In this document: positions 1 to 10,550 of the stretch, in pieces
How the letters are laid out: each line of letters opens with the position of its first letter
How positions within the stretch are numbered: position 1 is the first letter of the stretch
Assembly (NCBI GenBank): GCA_965242965.1
Contig: OZ251518.1
Location: forward strand, 4,498,181-4,562,180
Source of the DNA: Candidatus Poribacteria bacterium
GTDB taxonomy: Bacteria > Poribacteria > WGA-4E > WGA-3G
DNA: 64,000 nucleotides
Direction: 5' to 3'
The notes under the pieces: model-generated
What the model was told of the DNA's origin: nothing
Database searches by the model: none
The model's input: only the letters and a program-made list of their open reading frames with translations
Position numbers and translations under genes: made by a program

Positions 1-3000
1 TTGTTATACAACTCGATCCACTGAGGCAGTGTGCCGCCACCGGAATCAAACATGATTTCGCTGAAGGTGATACTGCCTTTCGGCGTGGCAGACCCTGGTT
101 TTACTGCACCATTCGGATATCCCGGTGTGCCGGAAGTGGCAGCGGACTCTGTCACCTTTCTATCATAACCGATACCAGTGAACGCTGATTCTGCCCAGGC
201 ATCTCTATGATACCCAACGATATCCGCTTTCGCGCGCTGCCAGACTTTGCCTGAGCCGAGGGCATCTTCGGTGTCACCACCAGGTGCCTGCAACACTTGC
301 AAGGGCCAGACATGCGTATCATAATCGCCAGTCTGCTCGCGGACAAATGCATCGGTGTCACTGCCGCCACCACCGGCGACATCAACGAACGCCTCGTTCA
401 GACCGAGTTTCTCCCTCGCATTCCGGAGAATTAACAGGAATTTCCCATCATCTGGCAGGGACAACCCCGATTTGATGAGATATTGGTGAGAAGAGCCTTT
501 TGTCTCGACCTCGGCAGTCTCCACGTTATCACCACCGGCGAGCGCATTGCCTTCCGCCGTTGGATCGCTGTTCGTTATCAACAGCAGCCCATTCGCCTGC
601 ACACTTGCATCGGGGAACACGATGAGCGACGTATCTTCCTTCTTACCATCCTGCACGATGCTGAGCTCCCACTCTTTCAAGGAGACTGCCGAACCCGTGA
701 CATTGCGAAGTTCCAGCCAATCATCAGCATCGCCGCTTCCATTGCCGAGTTCGTTGAAAACAATAGGAGCCTCCGGCACCTCCGATGCAGCCGCCTTCGG
801 TGCTGCTTCCTCGAAAATCGGGTAGACCGGCACCACCGGTGTATCCGAGACTATCGGTGAAACCTCCGGCAACGGCTCTACCACCGGCACCGTTTTTGGC
901 GCAGTGCCAGATGCCGCCGCAGCCGCCTCTGTCCCAGACTGCCGCTCAGCCGGCGCACCGAGGGGGCCAGAAAGCAAACTCGTCTGTTCAGGAACCATTA
1001 TCTTGACAGAGGGGACACGCACTGCCTCTGCCACCGTGTCCGTTGCTGCTACCGTATACGCGAATGTCACTTTCGTCGAATTCGTGTCTTCTGAGGCAGT
1101 CCAGACAGCATGCCGCGCATTCGCCGGCACCTCTTCGCCCAGATACAGCGTGAGATACGGCGGGTTGTCGCCTTCATAACGGAGATTCTCCCTGTCATAC
1201 GTCACTTCCACTTCAATCTTATCCCCGGCGGTATAGGCACCGGCGGGAGGCGCGACAATCTCCGGCGTTTCTATGACACGCAATGCGGTATCCACGGGCA
1301 ACGGCAACCTATTGGATGCCAGACTCTCGTTGCCGGCGATGTCTTGTGTAGCACCCGCCGGCACACTGATGGACACATCTCCCCTAAAACCGAGAGCCGG
1401 GGTAATCGTCGCCTTGTAAACCAGTGCCGAGGCAGAGTTCTGCACAATATTCGGGCCCCGATGATCGAGCCCAACATAGGCAATCTCAACATCCCAGTCA
1501 GCGGGGTTGACACCGGTGCCGGTGAGCATCACATCCTCGGCGGTAAAACTCGTGCCCACTTCGTCAGCGATGGCAGCCGGGCTACCGCCCCCCGGACCCG
1601 GAGGGATACTGTTGAAAAAGCGGAATTGCACCTCAAATGCCCCAGTTTGCACATCGCTTGCCGTGAAATCCGTGTGTCTCAAAAGCTCGCCATTCTTTAT
1701 CAAGCCGGGAATCCACACCGTCGCCGGGATGGTATCCACGAGGTATTTGATGATGCCTTTTTTGTAAGCAGCAACGATCTCAGGCCGATTCTCCTCACGA
1801 TAACTGGGATGCGGATTCGCGTGCGCAATACTCTCAAGAGCCGGCATGTCCGTAAAGAACGCCTCCAATTCCTTTTCAAGGGAGACGCAGGTGTCAAAGT
1901 CGTTTCCTGCCAGATCTCTTATCCACCTCACCTCGTCTGTCTCAAGACGGACAGTATCAGGAGCCCGGCAAAAATTCTCGTGCGTATTCCGCCAAAAAGC
2001 GGCACTCCACACCTGCAGCCCACCGAAGGTATGCTGTCCTTCTGTCACGGGAAGCGAAAAAGTAAGGGAGTCTTCTCCCGAACCCTCTTTGTATTTCAGT
2101 TCCGCCTCGTAACCGTCCCCCTTGATATAAAAAGTCGGTTGCTTGGCAGGATCGGTGCTTACTTTTACCGGCTCGCTAAACCGCACGGTGATGGCGATCT
2201 CGTCGCCGGCTTTGTAATAGGCGGCTTCATGCGTCACCTCGTCTAATGCCACGGTCGACCAGCCGGGTGCCTCCACGTGAGGACATGCCTTGATGTAGTC
2301 ATCGCCGAATAGTCCGTGATTCTCCAAACACGTTTGGCGCACCTCGTGATAGCGGGATTTTCCGGACTGTCCGGCAGGCGGCGGGGCTATCGTCAGTCGA
2401 TGCGTCTCCGTATCCGTCGCGATTGTCGGCGGAATGCTATCTATTGCAGGCAAACTCAATGTGCCCAACCACGTGAGCGTGCCTGGATCAACCCAATCGC
2501 CTCCTTCCTTAATACGCCCATCTGGCAACGCTATTAGAGGGGTATCAGTGAGCCAACCGCTGTTTTCCGCTGTCTCCCCTGTCCCTATTCTGTAGGTGTA
2601 GAGCGCGGTGAACGCATCGAGGTTAGTCGTCGCTAGATCAAATCCGTGGTGATTCGGTCGGAGCGTGTAACCGCTGCCTCCGTTTGCCCAATCCAGGCGG
2701 ATGTTTGTGTTCCACCGAACCGCCGATACATTCTGCAACCGAACCGCAATCCCGATGATATCACCGGGCCCAAGGGCATCGTCAGAACCGACTTCCTCAC
2801 CACCGATAGGATAACCGGTGGCTAAATCGATTTTAACGTATTTCACGTAGGGATCTCTTGAATTTCTCAAGTACGACTCTTCTGGCCCGAACATCCCTTC
2901 CCGCAGCGGGCCTGACCCGGCATATCTGTGTGGGGCACCGGTACGCAGTTGGTTGCGATTTCTCAACAGCATCGGCAATGCGTCCAAGTCTACGTCATCC

Positions 3001-3158
3001 CGACTGACGAAGTCAGAATCATCAAGTTTGAAAATCTTAATCCACTCTATGCGGATATCCGCCTCGGCACCCTTCGGGATAGCGAGGACAGAAACACCGA
3101 TGGCGAGGAGCAGGAAAACGAAAAACCTCGCCGATAAAAAAAGCGATTTCTTCATCAT
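1..3158 (-). CDS. large secreted protein with lamin-tail (LTD) domains; N-terminal ~1050 aa only, gene continues past window start
   Basis: Minus-strand ATG at 3158..3156 with GGAGAG RBS 8 nt upstream. Hydrophobic signal peptide (MMKKSLFLSARFFVFLLLAIGVSVLA). Open frame read by eye to position 1. Two LTD-like motifs (IVFNELGNGSGDADDWLELRNVTG...LKEWEL and ITFSEIMFDSGGG..WIELYN). Not in the ORF track because no stop falls within the window. Confidence 0.55.
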   Translation of the reverse strand, partial: MMKKSLFLSARFFVFLLLAIGVSVLAIPKGAEADIRIEWIKIFKLDDSDFVSRDDVDLDALPMLLRNRNQLRTGAPHRYAGSGPLREGMFGPEESYLRNSRDPYVKYVKIDLATGYPIGGEEVGSDDALGPGDIIGIAVRLQNVSAVRWNTNIRLDWANGGSGYTLRPNHHGFDLATTNLDAFTALYTYRIGTGETAENSGWLTDTPLIALPDGRIKEGGDWVDPGTLTWLGTLSLPAIDSIPPTIATDTETHRLTIAPPPAGQSGKSRYHEVRQTCLENHGLFGDDYIKACPHVEAPGWSTVALDEVTHEAAYYKAGDEIAITVRFSEPVKVSTDPAKQPTFYIKGDGYEAELKYKEGSGEDSLTFSLPVTEGQHTFGGLQVWSAAFWRNTHENFCRAPDTVRLETDEVRWIRDLAGNDFDTCVSLEKELEAFFTDMPALESIAHANPHPSYREENRPEIVAAYKKGIIKYLVDTIPATVWIPGLIKNGELLRHTDFTASDVQTGAFEVQFRFFNSIPPGPGGGSPAAIADEVGTSFTAEDVMLTGTGVNPADWDVEIAYVGLDHRGPNIVQNSASALVYKATITPALGFRGDVSISVPAGATQDIAGNESLASNRLPLPVDTALRVIETPEIVAPPAGAYTAGDKIEVEVTYDRENLRYEGDNPPYLTLYLGEEVPANARHAVWTASEDTNSTKVTFAYTVAATDTVAEAVRVPSVKIMVPEQTSLLSGPLGAPAERQSGTEAAAAASGTAPKTVPVVEPLPEVSPIVSDTPVVPVYPIFEEAAPKAAASEVPEAPIVFNELGNGSGDADDWLELRNVTGSAVSLKEWELSIVQDGKKEDTSLIVFPDASVQANGLLLITNSDPTAEGNALAGGDNVETAEVETKGSSHQYLIKSGLSLPDDGKFLLILRNAREKLGLNEAFVDVAGGGGSDTDAFVREQTGDYDTHVWPLQVLQAPGGDTEDALGSGKVWQRAKADIVGYHRDAWAESAFTGIGYDRKVTESAATSGTPGYPNGAVKPGSATPKGSITFSEIMFDSGGGTLPQWIELYN

Positions 3159-3774
3159 AAAATACTCTCCTGTATGAAATAGCGTGAATGGGAAAAAAGT
3201 AGCGTTCTCGGAGAAAACAGGGTAACCGCGGGCGGGTGCCCACGGTTATCCTGCCCCTTAATACCCCTAGTGGGGAGTGAATTTTCCCCGGAACAACGCT
3301 GGTAACCGTTGCATCGGACGATGCAACGCAAAAAGCCCCGTGGCAGGCGCGGACTCGCAAAGGCGAGCGCGTGCCACGAGGCGAAAGAAAATAGGCGCGT
3401 GCAAAGCACGCGGATTTTGGGTTGGAATTCAGATAATCTCCCCAGCTCGCCTTCCTGCTGAGAACGTCAGAGGTTAACGGGCATTTAGGACGGGGGGGGT
3501 AAATCTGATTATGTTCAGTGCAGTATCATCAACAGGACGCGCAAACGGAGACACGGCGCGCCGCCGGCGCGGCGGGCGCATCGGATGCAGACACTTCGGC
3601 GTATCCGCAGAAATGCAAGCGATTTGAGATGTCATGTTTCGCGCTCCTTTTCGTTGATGAGGGTTTACTATCGCACCAAATTTGTGTTAATGAATATATT
3701 ATACCACATTTTCGCGCGTTTGTCAAATTAAAATGTGATTTTTAACAGATTTCCGCGTTTTTTGTCAAAAAACT

Positions 3775-4165
3775 TGACTTAACCGTAGCGCGAGGGCCTG
3801 TCCCTCGCGAACGTTTGATTACCGTAACTTGTAGGTTGCGATCGCCCGATCTTGACCCTGTTGCGATCAGGCGATCGCAACCTACAGAGGGGGAAACTCC
3901 ATCGCGTCGACCTCACCGTAGGGCGAGGGCCTGTCCCTCGCGAACGTTCATCGCATCCCAGGCATGGCGGGGGACAGGCCCCCGCCCTACGGTGAAGAGA
4001 AGCCTGCTCCGACCACCGTAGGGCGAGGGCCTGTCCCTCGCGATCGCTCGATCACTGGAGCGTTTTCCCGATTCCCGTAGTGCGAGGGCCTGTCCCTCGC
4101 GAACTTTCATCGCGCCACGGGCACGGCGGGAGACAGGCCCCCGCCCTACGGTAAAAGGGCGGCGT
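3775..4165. repeat. family-A hairpin repeats flanking a family-E double-hairpin element (CTGTAGTT...CTACAGAG)
   Basis: Direct inspection. The same E element recurs at 7610-7680, 10470-10535, 11760-11850, 13670-13745, 16790-16855 and 50065-50125. Confidence 0.75.
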
Positions 4166-4169
4166 GCAT

Positions 4170-7100
4170 TCAATTCCGCGCTTCGGGAATAACCGTCAAC
4201 ATCACCCGAACCCCATCCCGCAAGACGACAACTTCAACCGATTCTCCGATTTTCACCGCATCCAAAGCGTAGGTGTAATCGTAGATATTGGCAATCTGTT
4301 GCCCGCCAAATTTGATAATCACATCGCCGCCTTTTAACCCTGCTTTATCGGCGGGACCGCCGGCGCGGACACCGGAGAGTTTCACGCCGGCAGTATCGGT
4401 GCTATAATCGGGAATAGTGCCTAAGTAAGCGCGAAGCGTGTCGCGCGAACCGCCGCCCGACTGACTCCGCTCAACTTCAACGTATTCGGGACGTTCCGCC
4501 GCAGCCGCGATGTCTAAAATCATGCTGTTTACCAACGCAACCACGCGCTCCATGCCTTCATAGTTGAGGTGCTCCACGTCATCGGTGGGACGGTGGTAAT
4601 CCTCGTGGGCACCGGTGAAGAAATTCAGCACCGGCACTTTTTTCGGATAGAACGCCGTCACATCGGTTGGCAAATACGGATCCGCCTGCAAGGTCAGGTT
4701 GAAACCGACAGGGACATTCTGCTTCTCAATCAGCGCGGGCCAGGCATTCGATGAGCCAACGCCTTGTAGGATCAGGGTGTTCTCTTCCAGCCGTCCCACC
4801 ATATCAAAATTGAGATACGCGGTGATCTGCTCCAACGGCACCACAGGATTTTCAGCGAAGTAAGAAGAGCCGATGATTCCGATTTCTTCCCCAGACCAGA
4901 GTGCGAAGATGATGCCTCTTGCACGTGTTTCGGGCGTTTTGCTGAGTCGCTCCGCCAATTCTAAAACGACAGCGGTGCCGGAGGCGTTGTCATCTGCACC
5001 GTTGTGAATCTGTCCTTCTTCGCCTTTCCGTGCGAGTGAACCTATTTCGCCGTAGCCGAGTCCGTCATAGTGCGCGCCGATGACGATGTATTCTGTATCA
5101 GGATGGGAGCCTGCTGCATCGGGACCGGGGGGCTCGCCTACAGCATCGAGACCGGAGGGCTCGCCTACAGCATCGAGACCAGAGGGCTCTCCTACGGGGA
5201 GTCGAGACCGGGAGGTCTCTCCTACGGGACTGACAGGCGGTAGCAACGCAATCACGTTCCGAGCGGTTTTCTTCACTTTTTCGACCGAAACGGTGATTTT
5301 GATAGTGACATCGGGCAGCGGAAATTGCCCGATAAAATGCGGATTCTCCACATCAAGTCCGGCTTGAACCTCTTTGAGTTGCTTTCCTGCGGGCGCGAAC
5401 AGCGCGTTCGCCACGGTATCGCTGATGGAGGCGGCGACGATGCCGGAATCAGCGAGGCTGTTATCAAAATCCAGCGGAATCAGTTTGCCGGCATTGGGCG
5501 AATTCGGTCCGGCGACAACGAGGAACGCCTTCGCGCCGCGTTCCCGCGCCTGCATCGCCTTATAGCGGAGTCCGGCGTATCTATTGAGTTCCTGCCGACG
5601 TTCAGGTTCAACTTCTTCGGGGACATACCGGAGTGCGAGGACGATTTTGTCGGTGACATCAATGCCGGCGTAGGCATCGTAGCCGACTCCCATTTCACCG
5701 GGGACGGTGAGTCCGTATCCGACGAAAACGACTTCGCCTTCAACTACGCCGTTTCGCGAAAAAGAGAGCGGCATAAAGTCAGTTTCCACGCCAAATTCCA
5801 ATGTTTCGTTTGTTTTTTGTGTGTGTCCCGCGTGCTGTCCGTCCTCTGTCGGCCGCGTGAGCCAGAAGCGATTTTCGTTTGGAATGAGTTTTCTGCCTGC
5901 GGTGAATTGGAATTTTTGAAAGTAGGCGGATTCAGAGGGCTCTCCCAATACCGCGGGATCGCGGGGGACAGGCCCCCGCGCTACGGTAGACGGCCGTTTC
6001 CCTTTCACCGTAGGGCGAGGGCCTGTCCCTCGCCATGCATCGGCAGAGTCAGAGGGCTCTTCTAAGACCGAGGGATCGCGGGGGACAGGCCCCCGCGCTA
6101 CGGTAGACGGCTGTTTCCCTTTCACCGTAGGGCGAGGGCCTGTCCCTCGCCATGCCTCGGAATCCGAAGAATCTCCTACCGGTATCAGGCCCAACTCCTT
6201 AAACTGTTCGGCGATGTAATTTGCCGCCTGTTTCGCGCCATCGGAGCCTGTCATCCTGCCTTCCAATGCATCGTCGGCAAGGAATTCAATATGCTTTCGG
6301 AGGCTGGTTTGCGTTCCGTTTGCTGGAGCGAGTTCATCATCCGGGACGTTCGTGTGCGCGCTTTCCGGTGCCGCCGCTAACGCCGATAATGCGGCTTGAT
6401 GATTCCACGCCGCCAGATAGAGCTGCGAAACATCTTGGCTGTTGCGGTTTGATGTCCAGCACAGTGTGTTTCCATCAGGCGAGAAGACCGGGAGTCCATC
6501 GAACCCCTCTGTGTGCGTCACGCGGATGGGTTCGTGCCGCCCGGCGGCATCCACCAAAAATAACTCAAAGTTGGAAAACCCGAACTTGTTGGAGGCGAAG
6601 ATGACATACGCGCCGGAGGGATGGAAATAGGGTGCCCATGACATGCTGTCAAAATCGGTGAGTCGTCTCACGCGCGAGCCGTCCGTGCGCATCGTGTAGA
6701 TGTCGGATTTACTTCCATCGGGTGTGAAGTGCCGCCAGACGATGTGTTGCCCATCGGGTGTAAAAAAGGGACCGCCGTCGTAACCCGGCTTATCTGTCAA
6801 CCGCTGCTGGTTTGAGCCATCGGCGTTCATGATGTAAATTTCGCCGAAATAGGCAGGATCGACTTCGAGCTGCTTCAATTCCTTCGGTGACAACCCGCTT
6901 TTGGGATATGCATCGCGCAGGGAGCAGAAAACGATGCGCGTGCCATCAGGCGAGTAAGATGCCTCCGCATCGTAGCCGGGGGCATCTGTCAACTGCTCAA
7001 GCTTACTTCCATCGCGCTTGGCAGAGAAAATGTCCATCGCCTCATCGTAATCCCAACTATAGCGGCGTTCCTTTCCCGACGCGCGAAATTCCAGTTCCTC

Positions 7101-7445
7101 CGCCTGCTTAGCAGAGGCGAATATATCGTGGTGCGTTGAGGCGTAAAGCACTTCATCGGTGCCGGGGCGAAAGAAGGCGCACGTCGTCTTCCCAACGCCG
7201 GTTGACACGCGGTGCGTATCGCCGCTCTTCAAATCCATGAGATAGATCTGGTAGAACGGGTTGTCGGGTTCACGTTCGCTCTGGAAGATGAGCGCGGTGC
7301 CGTTTTCGGAAAAGTATCCTTCTCCGGCGCGCTTGCCGCTGTAAGTTAATTGCCGCGTGTTGTCGAGGAATTGTGATTCTTCGGCAGCCGCGGAAATGGT
7401 GAAGCACAGCGCGCAAAGCACGCCTATCCATGTTATGAAACGCAT
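4170..7445 (-). CDS. secreted multidomain protease: TolB-like beta-propeller + PA/M28 zinc aminopeptidase + C-terminal PDZ
   Basis: 1091-aa ORF with ATG at 7445 and AGGAG RBS. Signal peptide present. Beta-propeller blades (SPDGTRIVF, SPDGNTLCWTS). M28 motifs (HYDGLG, NGADDNASG, SGEE, NFDMVG). PDZ region (GVKLSGVRAGGPADKAGLKGGDVI). Two repeat families are embedded in-frame (see findings). Confidence 0.7.
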   Translation of the reverse strand: MRFITWIGVLCALCFTISAAAEESQFLDNTRQLTYSGKRAGEGYFSENGTALIFQSEREPDNPFYQIYLMDLKSGDTHRVSTGVGKTTCAFFRPGTDEVLYASTHHDIFASAKQAEELEFRASGKERRYSWDYDEAMDIFSAKRDGSKLEQLTDAPGYDAEASYSPDGTRIVFCSLRDAYPKSGLSPKELKQLEVDPAYFGEIYIMNADGSNQQRLTDKPGYDGGPFFTPDGQHIVWRHFTPDGSKSDIYTMRTDGSRVRRLTDFDSMSWAPYFHPSGAYVIFASNKFGFSNFELFLVDAAGRHEPIRVTHTEGFDGLPVFSPDGNTLCWTSNRNSQDVSQLYLAAWNHQAALSALAAAPESAHTNVPDDELAPANGTQTSLRKHIEFLADDALEGRMTGSDGAKQAANYIAEQFKELGLIPVGDSSDSEAWRGTGPRPTVKGKQPSTVARGPVPRDPSVLEEPSDSADAWRGTGPRPTVKGKRPSTVARGPVPRDPAVLGEPSESAYFQKFQFTAGRKLIPNENRFWLTRPTEDGQHAGHTQKTNETLEFGVETDFMPLSFSRNGVVEGEVVFVGYGLTVPGEMGVGYDAYAGIDVTDKIVLALRYVPEEVEPERRQELNRYAGLRYKAMQARERGAKAFLVVAGPNSPNAGKLIPLDFDNSLADSGIVAASISDTVANALFAPAGKQLKEVQAGLDVENPHFIGQFPLPDVTIKITVSVEKVKKTARNVIALLPPVSPVGETSRSRLPVGEPSGLDAVGEPSGLDAVGEPPGPDAAGSHPDTEYIVIGAHYDGLGYGEIGSLARKGEEGQIHNGADDNASGTAVVLELAERLSKTPETRARGIIFALWSGEEIGIIGSSYFAENPVVPLEQITAYLNFDMVGRLEENTLILQGVGSSNAWPALIEKQNVPVGFNLTLQADPYLPTDVTAFYPKKVPVLNFFTGAHEDYHRPTDDVEHLNYEGMERVVALVNSMILDIAAAAERPEYVEVERSQSGGGSRDTLRAYLGTIPDYSTDTAGVKLSGVRAGGPADKAGLKGGDVIIKFGGQQIANIYDYTYALDAVKIGESVEVVVLRDGVRVMLTVIPEARN

Positions 7446-7905
7446 TTCAATTTTCTCCTATTGTGTGAGAGATCGCTACGGTGAAAAAAACGTGCCGATT
7501 CCCGTAGGGCGAGGGCCTGTCCCTCGCCAAGCCACGATCGCGGGGGAAACCCGCTCGCATGCGCGTATGGCATGCGAGGGCCCCCGCGCTACGGGAATTG
7601 AGCACCGCCTACTCCTGTAGGTCAAGATCGCCTGATCTTGACCTGTTTGCGATCAGGCGATCGCAATCTACAGAAGGGAAGCGCAAGGGCCTATCCCGCG
7701 CCAGGCTCTGGGGCACGGAACGATCGCGGGGGACAGGCCCCGCGCTACGGTGAAAAAACGTGTCGATTACCGTAGGGCGAGGGCCTGTCCCTCGCCATGC
7801 CACGATCGCGGGGGACAGGCCCCCGCGCTACGGGCCAAGAGGCGTTCCCCTCACCGTAGCGCGAGGGCCTGTCCCTCGCGATCGCACGCCGCACCAAGCT
7901 TTGCC

Positions 7906-8757
7906 CTACAAATACTGCGCCGCCATCTTTTTCAGGAACGCGAGGCCATCCGTGGCAAGACTCTCCGCACTCGGCGCGATATCACGCCAGATACAGGTTG
8001 CGGCGGCAATCTCTTTGACTGCCGGCGTAAACGACTCGATTACCAGCCATCTGTCGTAGTTCAGTTGCGCGAGCGCGCCGAATACGTCATCCCACGGGAC
8101 TAAGCCGGTGCCGGGGGTACCCCGGTCGTTTTCGCAGCAGTGGACATGATGCAACTGAGTGCCAGTGTCAAGAATGGCTTGCCCCTGGTTCTTTTCTTCG
8201 ATGTTCATGTGGAAGGTATCCAGATGCACCTTGAAGTAAGGGCTGCCGACTGCTTCGGCGAGTTTGACGGCATCCTCGGCGATGTTCACAAAATAGGTCT
8301 CGAATCGGTTGAGCGGTTCACTGGCGAGAGTTACGCCGTGCTTCCCCGCGAATTCAGCGACTTCCTGGAGTCCTTCGACGCACCAGTCCCATTCCTGCTG
8401 ATTCCTACCTCTGCCGACGAGTTTCCCGACGGCACTATACATCGGTCCGACGTATGTATCGCCGCCGAGTTCAGCGATGATCTCGATGGCGCGTTTGAGG
8501 TAAGTTTTGCCGTTTTCGCGCACGGCCGGGTCTTCGTCGATTGGGTTCCGGTCGGGGCTCATGATATTGCATCCGATGACTTGCAATCCGGTTTCTTTGA
8601 GAGTGGTTTGCGTATGCGGGATGTCTACCGTCTCGGGGTCAAAAATGGGAATTTCCACGCCATCAAATCCCATTTCGGCGACTTTCGGGATGAGTTCTAC
8701 CGTTTCGCGATCAAACTTATCTGCCCAGAGTAATAAATTGACACCAAATTTTGGCAT
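7906..8757 (-). CDS. sugar phosphate isomerase/epimerase (xylose isomerase-like TIM barrel)
   Basis: 283 aa with ATG at 8757. Typical AP-endonuclease-2/xylose-isomerase-like TIM-barrel motifs (GFDGVEI, HLDTFH, NDRG). Confidence 0.7.
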   Translation of the reverse strand: MPKFGVNLLLWADKFDRETVELIPKVAEMGFDGVEIPIFDPETVDIPHTQTTLKETGLQVIGCNIMSPDRNPIDEDPAVRENGKTYLKRAIEIIAELGGDTYVGPMYSAVGKLVGRGRNQQEWDWCVEGLQEVAEFAGKHGVTLASEPLNRFETYFVNIAEDAVKLAEAVGSPYFKVHLDTFHMNIEEKNQGQAILDTGTQLHHVHCCENDRGTPGTGLVPWDDVFGALAQLNYDRWLVIESFTPAVKEIAAATCIWRDIAPSAESLATDGLAFLKKMAAQYL

Positions 8758-8829
8758 TTTGTGTTGTTCTCCTGTAGAATTGAAGGTCTGTTTTTTAGTT
8801 TAGCAGAAAGTGCAATGTGTTGCAAGTTA

Positions 8830-9480
8830 AATGTTGGAGCAGGATATGGAGCAGGATATGAGCAGGATTTACAAGATTAGTCAAGATTGAGCAGGATTAG
8901 GAGCAGGAAACTGTAGTTCGGGAGCACCTGCTCCCGAAACGGCGCATGGCGAGGCTAACCCCTCTCTGGCCCGTAGCGCGGGGGCCTGTCCCCCGCGATC
9001 GTTCGATCTGCGCAAAAACCGCGCGCCGACCCAGGCCGTTTCCCCGATCGAGGCACGGCGAGGGACAGGCCCTCGCCCTACGGTAAACGGAGACGGCCTT
9101 GCATACCGTAGCGCGGGGGCCTGTCCCCCGCGATCGTCCGATCCGCGCGAAAAACGCACGCAGACTAACGCCGTTTCCCTCTCGATCGCGGCACGGCGAG
9201 GGACAGGCCCTCGCCCTACGGTGAAAGGAGACGGTCTTGCATACCGTAGCGCGGGGGCCTGTCCCCCGCGATCGTTCGATCTGCGCGAAAATCACCCGCC
9301 AACCAACGCCGTTTCTCGTTCCGATCGAGGCATGGCGAGGGACAGGCCCTCGCCCTACGGTCAGCGGCACGTTTTTTCTTCACCGTAGCGCGGGGGCCTG
9401 TCCCCCGCGAGCGTTCATGTGCCCGGTGGCATGGCGAGGGACAGGCCCTCGCCCTACGGTCAGCGGCACGATTTTTCAAA
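8830..9480. repeat. intergenic repeat block: family-F short tandem (GAGCAGGAT..) followed by about 7 copies of the family-A GC-rich hairpin element
   Basis: Direct inspection. Track ORFs 8881..9370 and 9216..9506 here are translations of the repeat. Confidence 0.8.
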
Positions 9481-9502
9481 ATGCCGCTGCCAAACCAATG
9501 CG

Positions 9503-10366
9503 CTAACGTGAGATAACGCCGTGTTCCTCAAGCCAACCTTTCAATGGGACATCCGCATCTTTCGGCGAGAAATGGCCATTGGCATTCGTGCCGCCGCCGA
9601 GCAGCTGTTGACGAATCGGGTCATTCCGGTCAAATATCTCCGGCGGGATAGTCATGTCATCTTTACTCCGCAGCCATCGGTATCCGTAGCCGTAGAAAAG
9701 CCCTTTGCGCGTGATGTCTGAATCGTTTTCGCTGCGCGCATGCCAGATACGCCGGTCGAAGAAAACGGCATCGCCGGGTTTGCAGCAGACCGGGATCGCG
9801 CCTTCGGGATGCGAACCGTCCTGCGGACGCTCTAAAGTATCCCACAGATGACTGCCCGGAATAATGTAGAAATTCCCGCGCCCGACTTCCGAACAATCGG
9901 AAAGCCAATAGACTACTTTGATGGAGAGACGCGGCCGCGGCGAGCTCTCAATCTCGATGTTGACGCGCCCGCTATCCTGATGCCAGCCGAGCGATGCCGG
10001 TGTGCCGCGAAGTTCCTCCAAACGCGGCGGCGTGATAATCAGATGACTATGATACGAATAGATATTCCAGCCTAACGCGCCCCACACCTTCGGGAACGTC
10101 TTATACCAATCCAGAATGTTGACAAACATCTGGTCCTTCCCGAGGAAATTCGGGTAGAAGAAGTTCTTGTCCGGGGTCATCGGACTTTTAGTGTAGGGAT
10201 CGTAGCCCGCGTCCAAATGTTGGTTGTAAATCCGATCAACGCGCGCCTCTAACCGCGCAACTAAATCTGGTGGTAAGGCGTTTTCGACGATGAAATACCC
10301 ATCCTCGTTCAACCCGCGGTGCTGCTCATCGGTGAGCTGGTGTTGCAGATGGCGTTCGTCAAGCAT
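9503..10366 (-). CDS. phytanoyl-CoA dioxygenase (PhyH) family Fe(II)/2OG oxygenase
   Basis: 287 aa. PhyH-like N-terminus (GYFIVENALP), WHQDSG and HARSEN motifs. Confidence 0.7.
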   Translation of the reverse strand: MLDERHLQHQLTDEQHRGLNEDGYFIVENALPPDLVARLEARVDRIYNQHLDAGYDPYTKSPMTPDKNFFYPNFLGKDQMFVNILDWYKTFPKVWGALGWNIYSYHSHLIITPPRLEELRGTPASLGWHQDSGRVNIEIESSPRPRLSIKVVYWLSDCSEVGRGNFYIIPGSHLWDTLERPQDGSHPEGAIPVCCKPGDAVFFDRRIWHARSENDSDITRKGLFYGYGYRWLRSKDDMTIPPEIFDRNDPIRQQLLGGGTNANGHFSPKDADVPLKGWLEEHGVISR

Positions 10367-10550
10367 AGATTTTTCCTCCTATGTAAGTGAGGGTGTTTCA
10401 TAAATCCGTTTCGGTATTTATCCTGCCTTGGAGGGCGGGCGAATACCGGAAGGTATCGGGCCCACCGCTGTAGTTCGGGATCGCCTGATCCCGAACGGGT
10501 CAAGATCGGGGGATCTTGACCTACAGGGGTGATGCGTCAGGAGGTCTCTC

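Noticed and set aside
1110-2246. 378-aa plus-strand ORF and other plus ORFs in 284-2246
   Set aside because: These are antisense shadows of the long minus-strand LTD gene. They are Arg-rich and low-complexity, with no RBS.
5325-6065. Long antisense ORFs inside real genes
   Set aside because: These are high-GC antisense shadows with R/P/S-rich low-complexity translations. They are wholly contained in well-supported genes on the other strand. Examples: 5325..6065, 8140..8733, 10989..11534, 12739..13314, 14746..15450, 17305..18099, 18128..18760, 22502..23104, 23464..24186, 25704..26643, 30796..31497, 31473..32186, 37015..37698, 38452..39150, 40529..41479.
8881-9506. Track ORFs 8881..9159, 8897..9370, 9216..9479 and 9237..9506
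   Set aside because: They are entirely composed of family-A repeat translations (ARGPVPR, WRGTGPRPTV). The same applies to ORFs at 3815-4173, 7559-8103, 16786-17365, 27985-28648, 34517-35183 and 50144-51196 (+).
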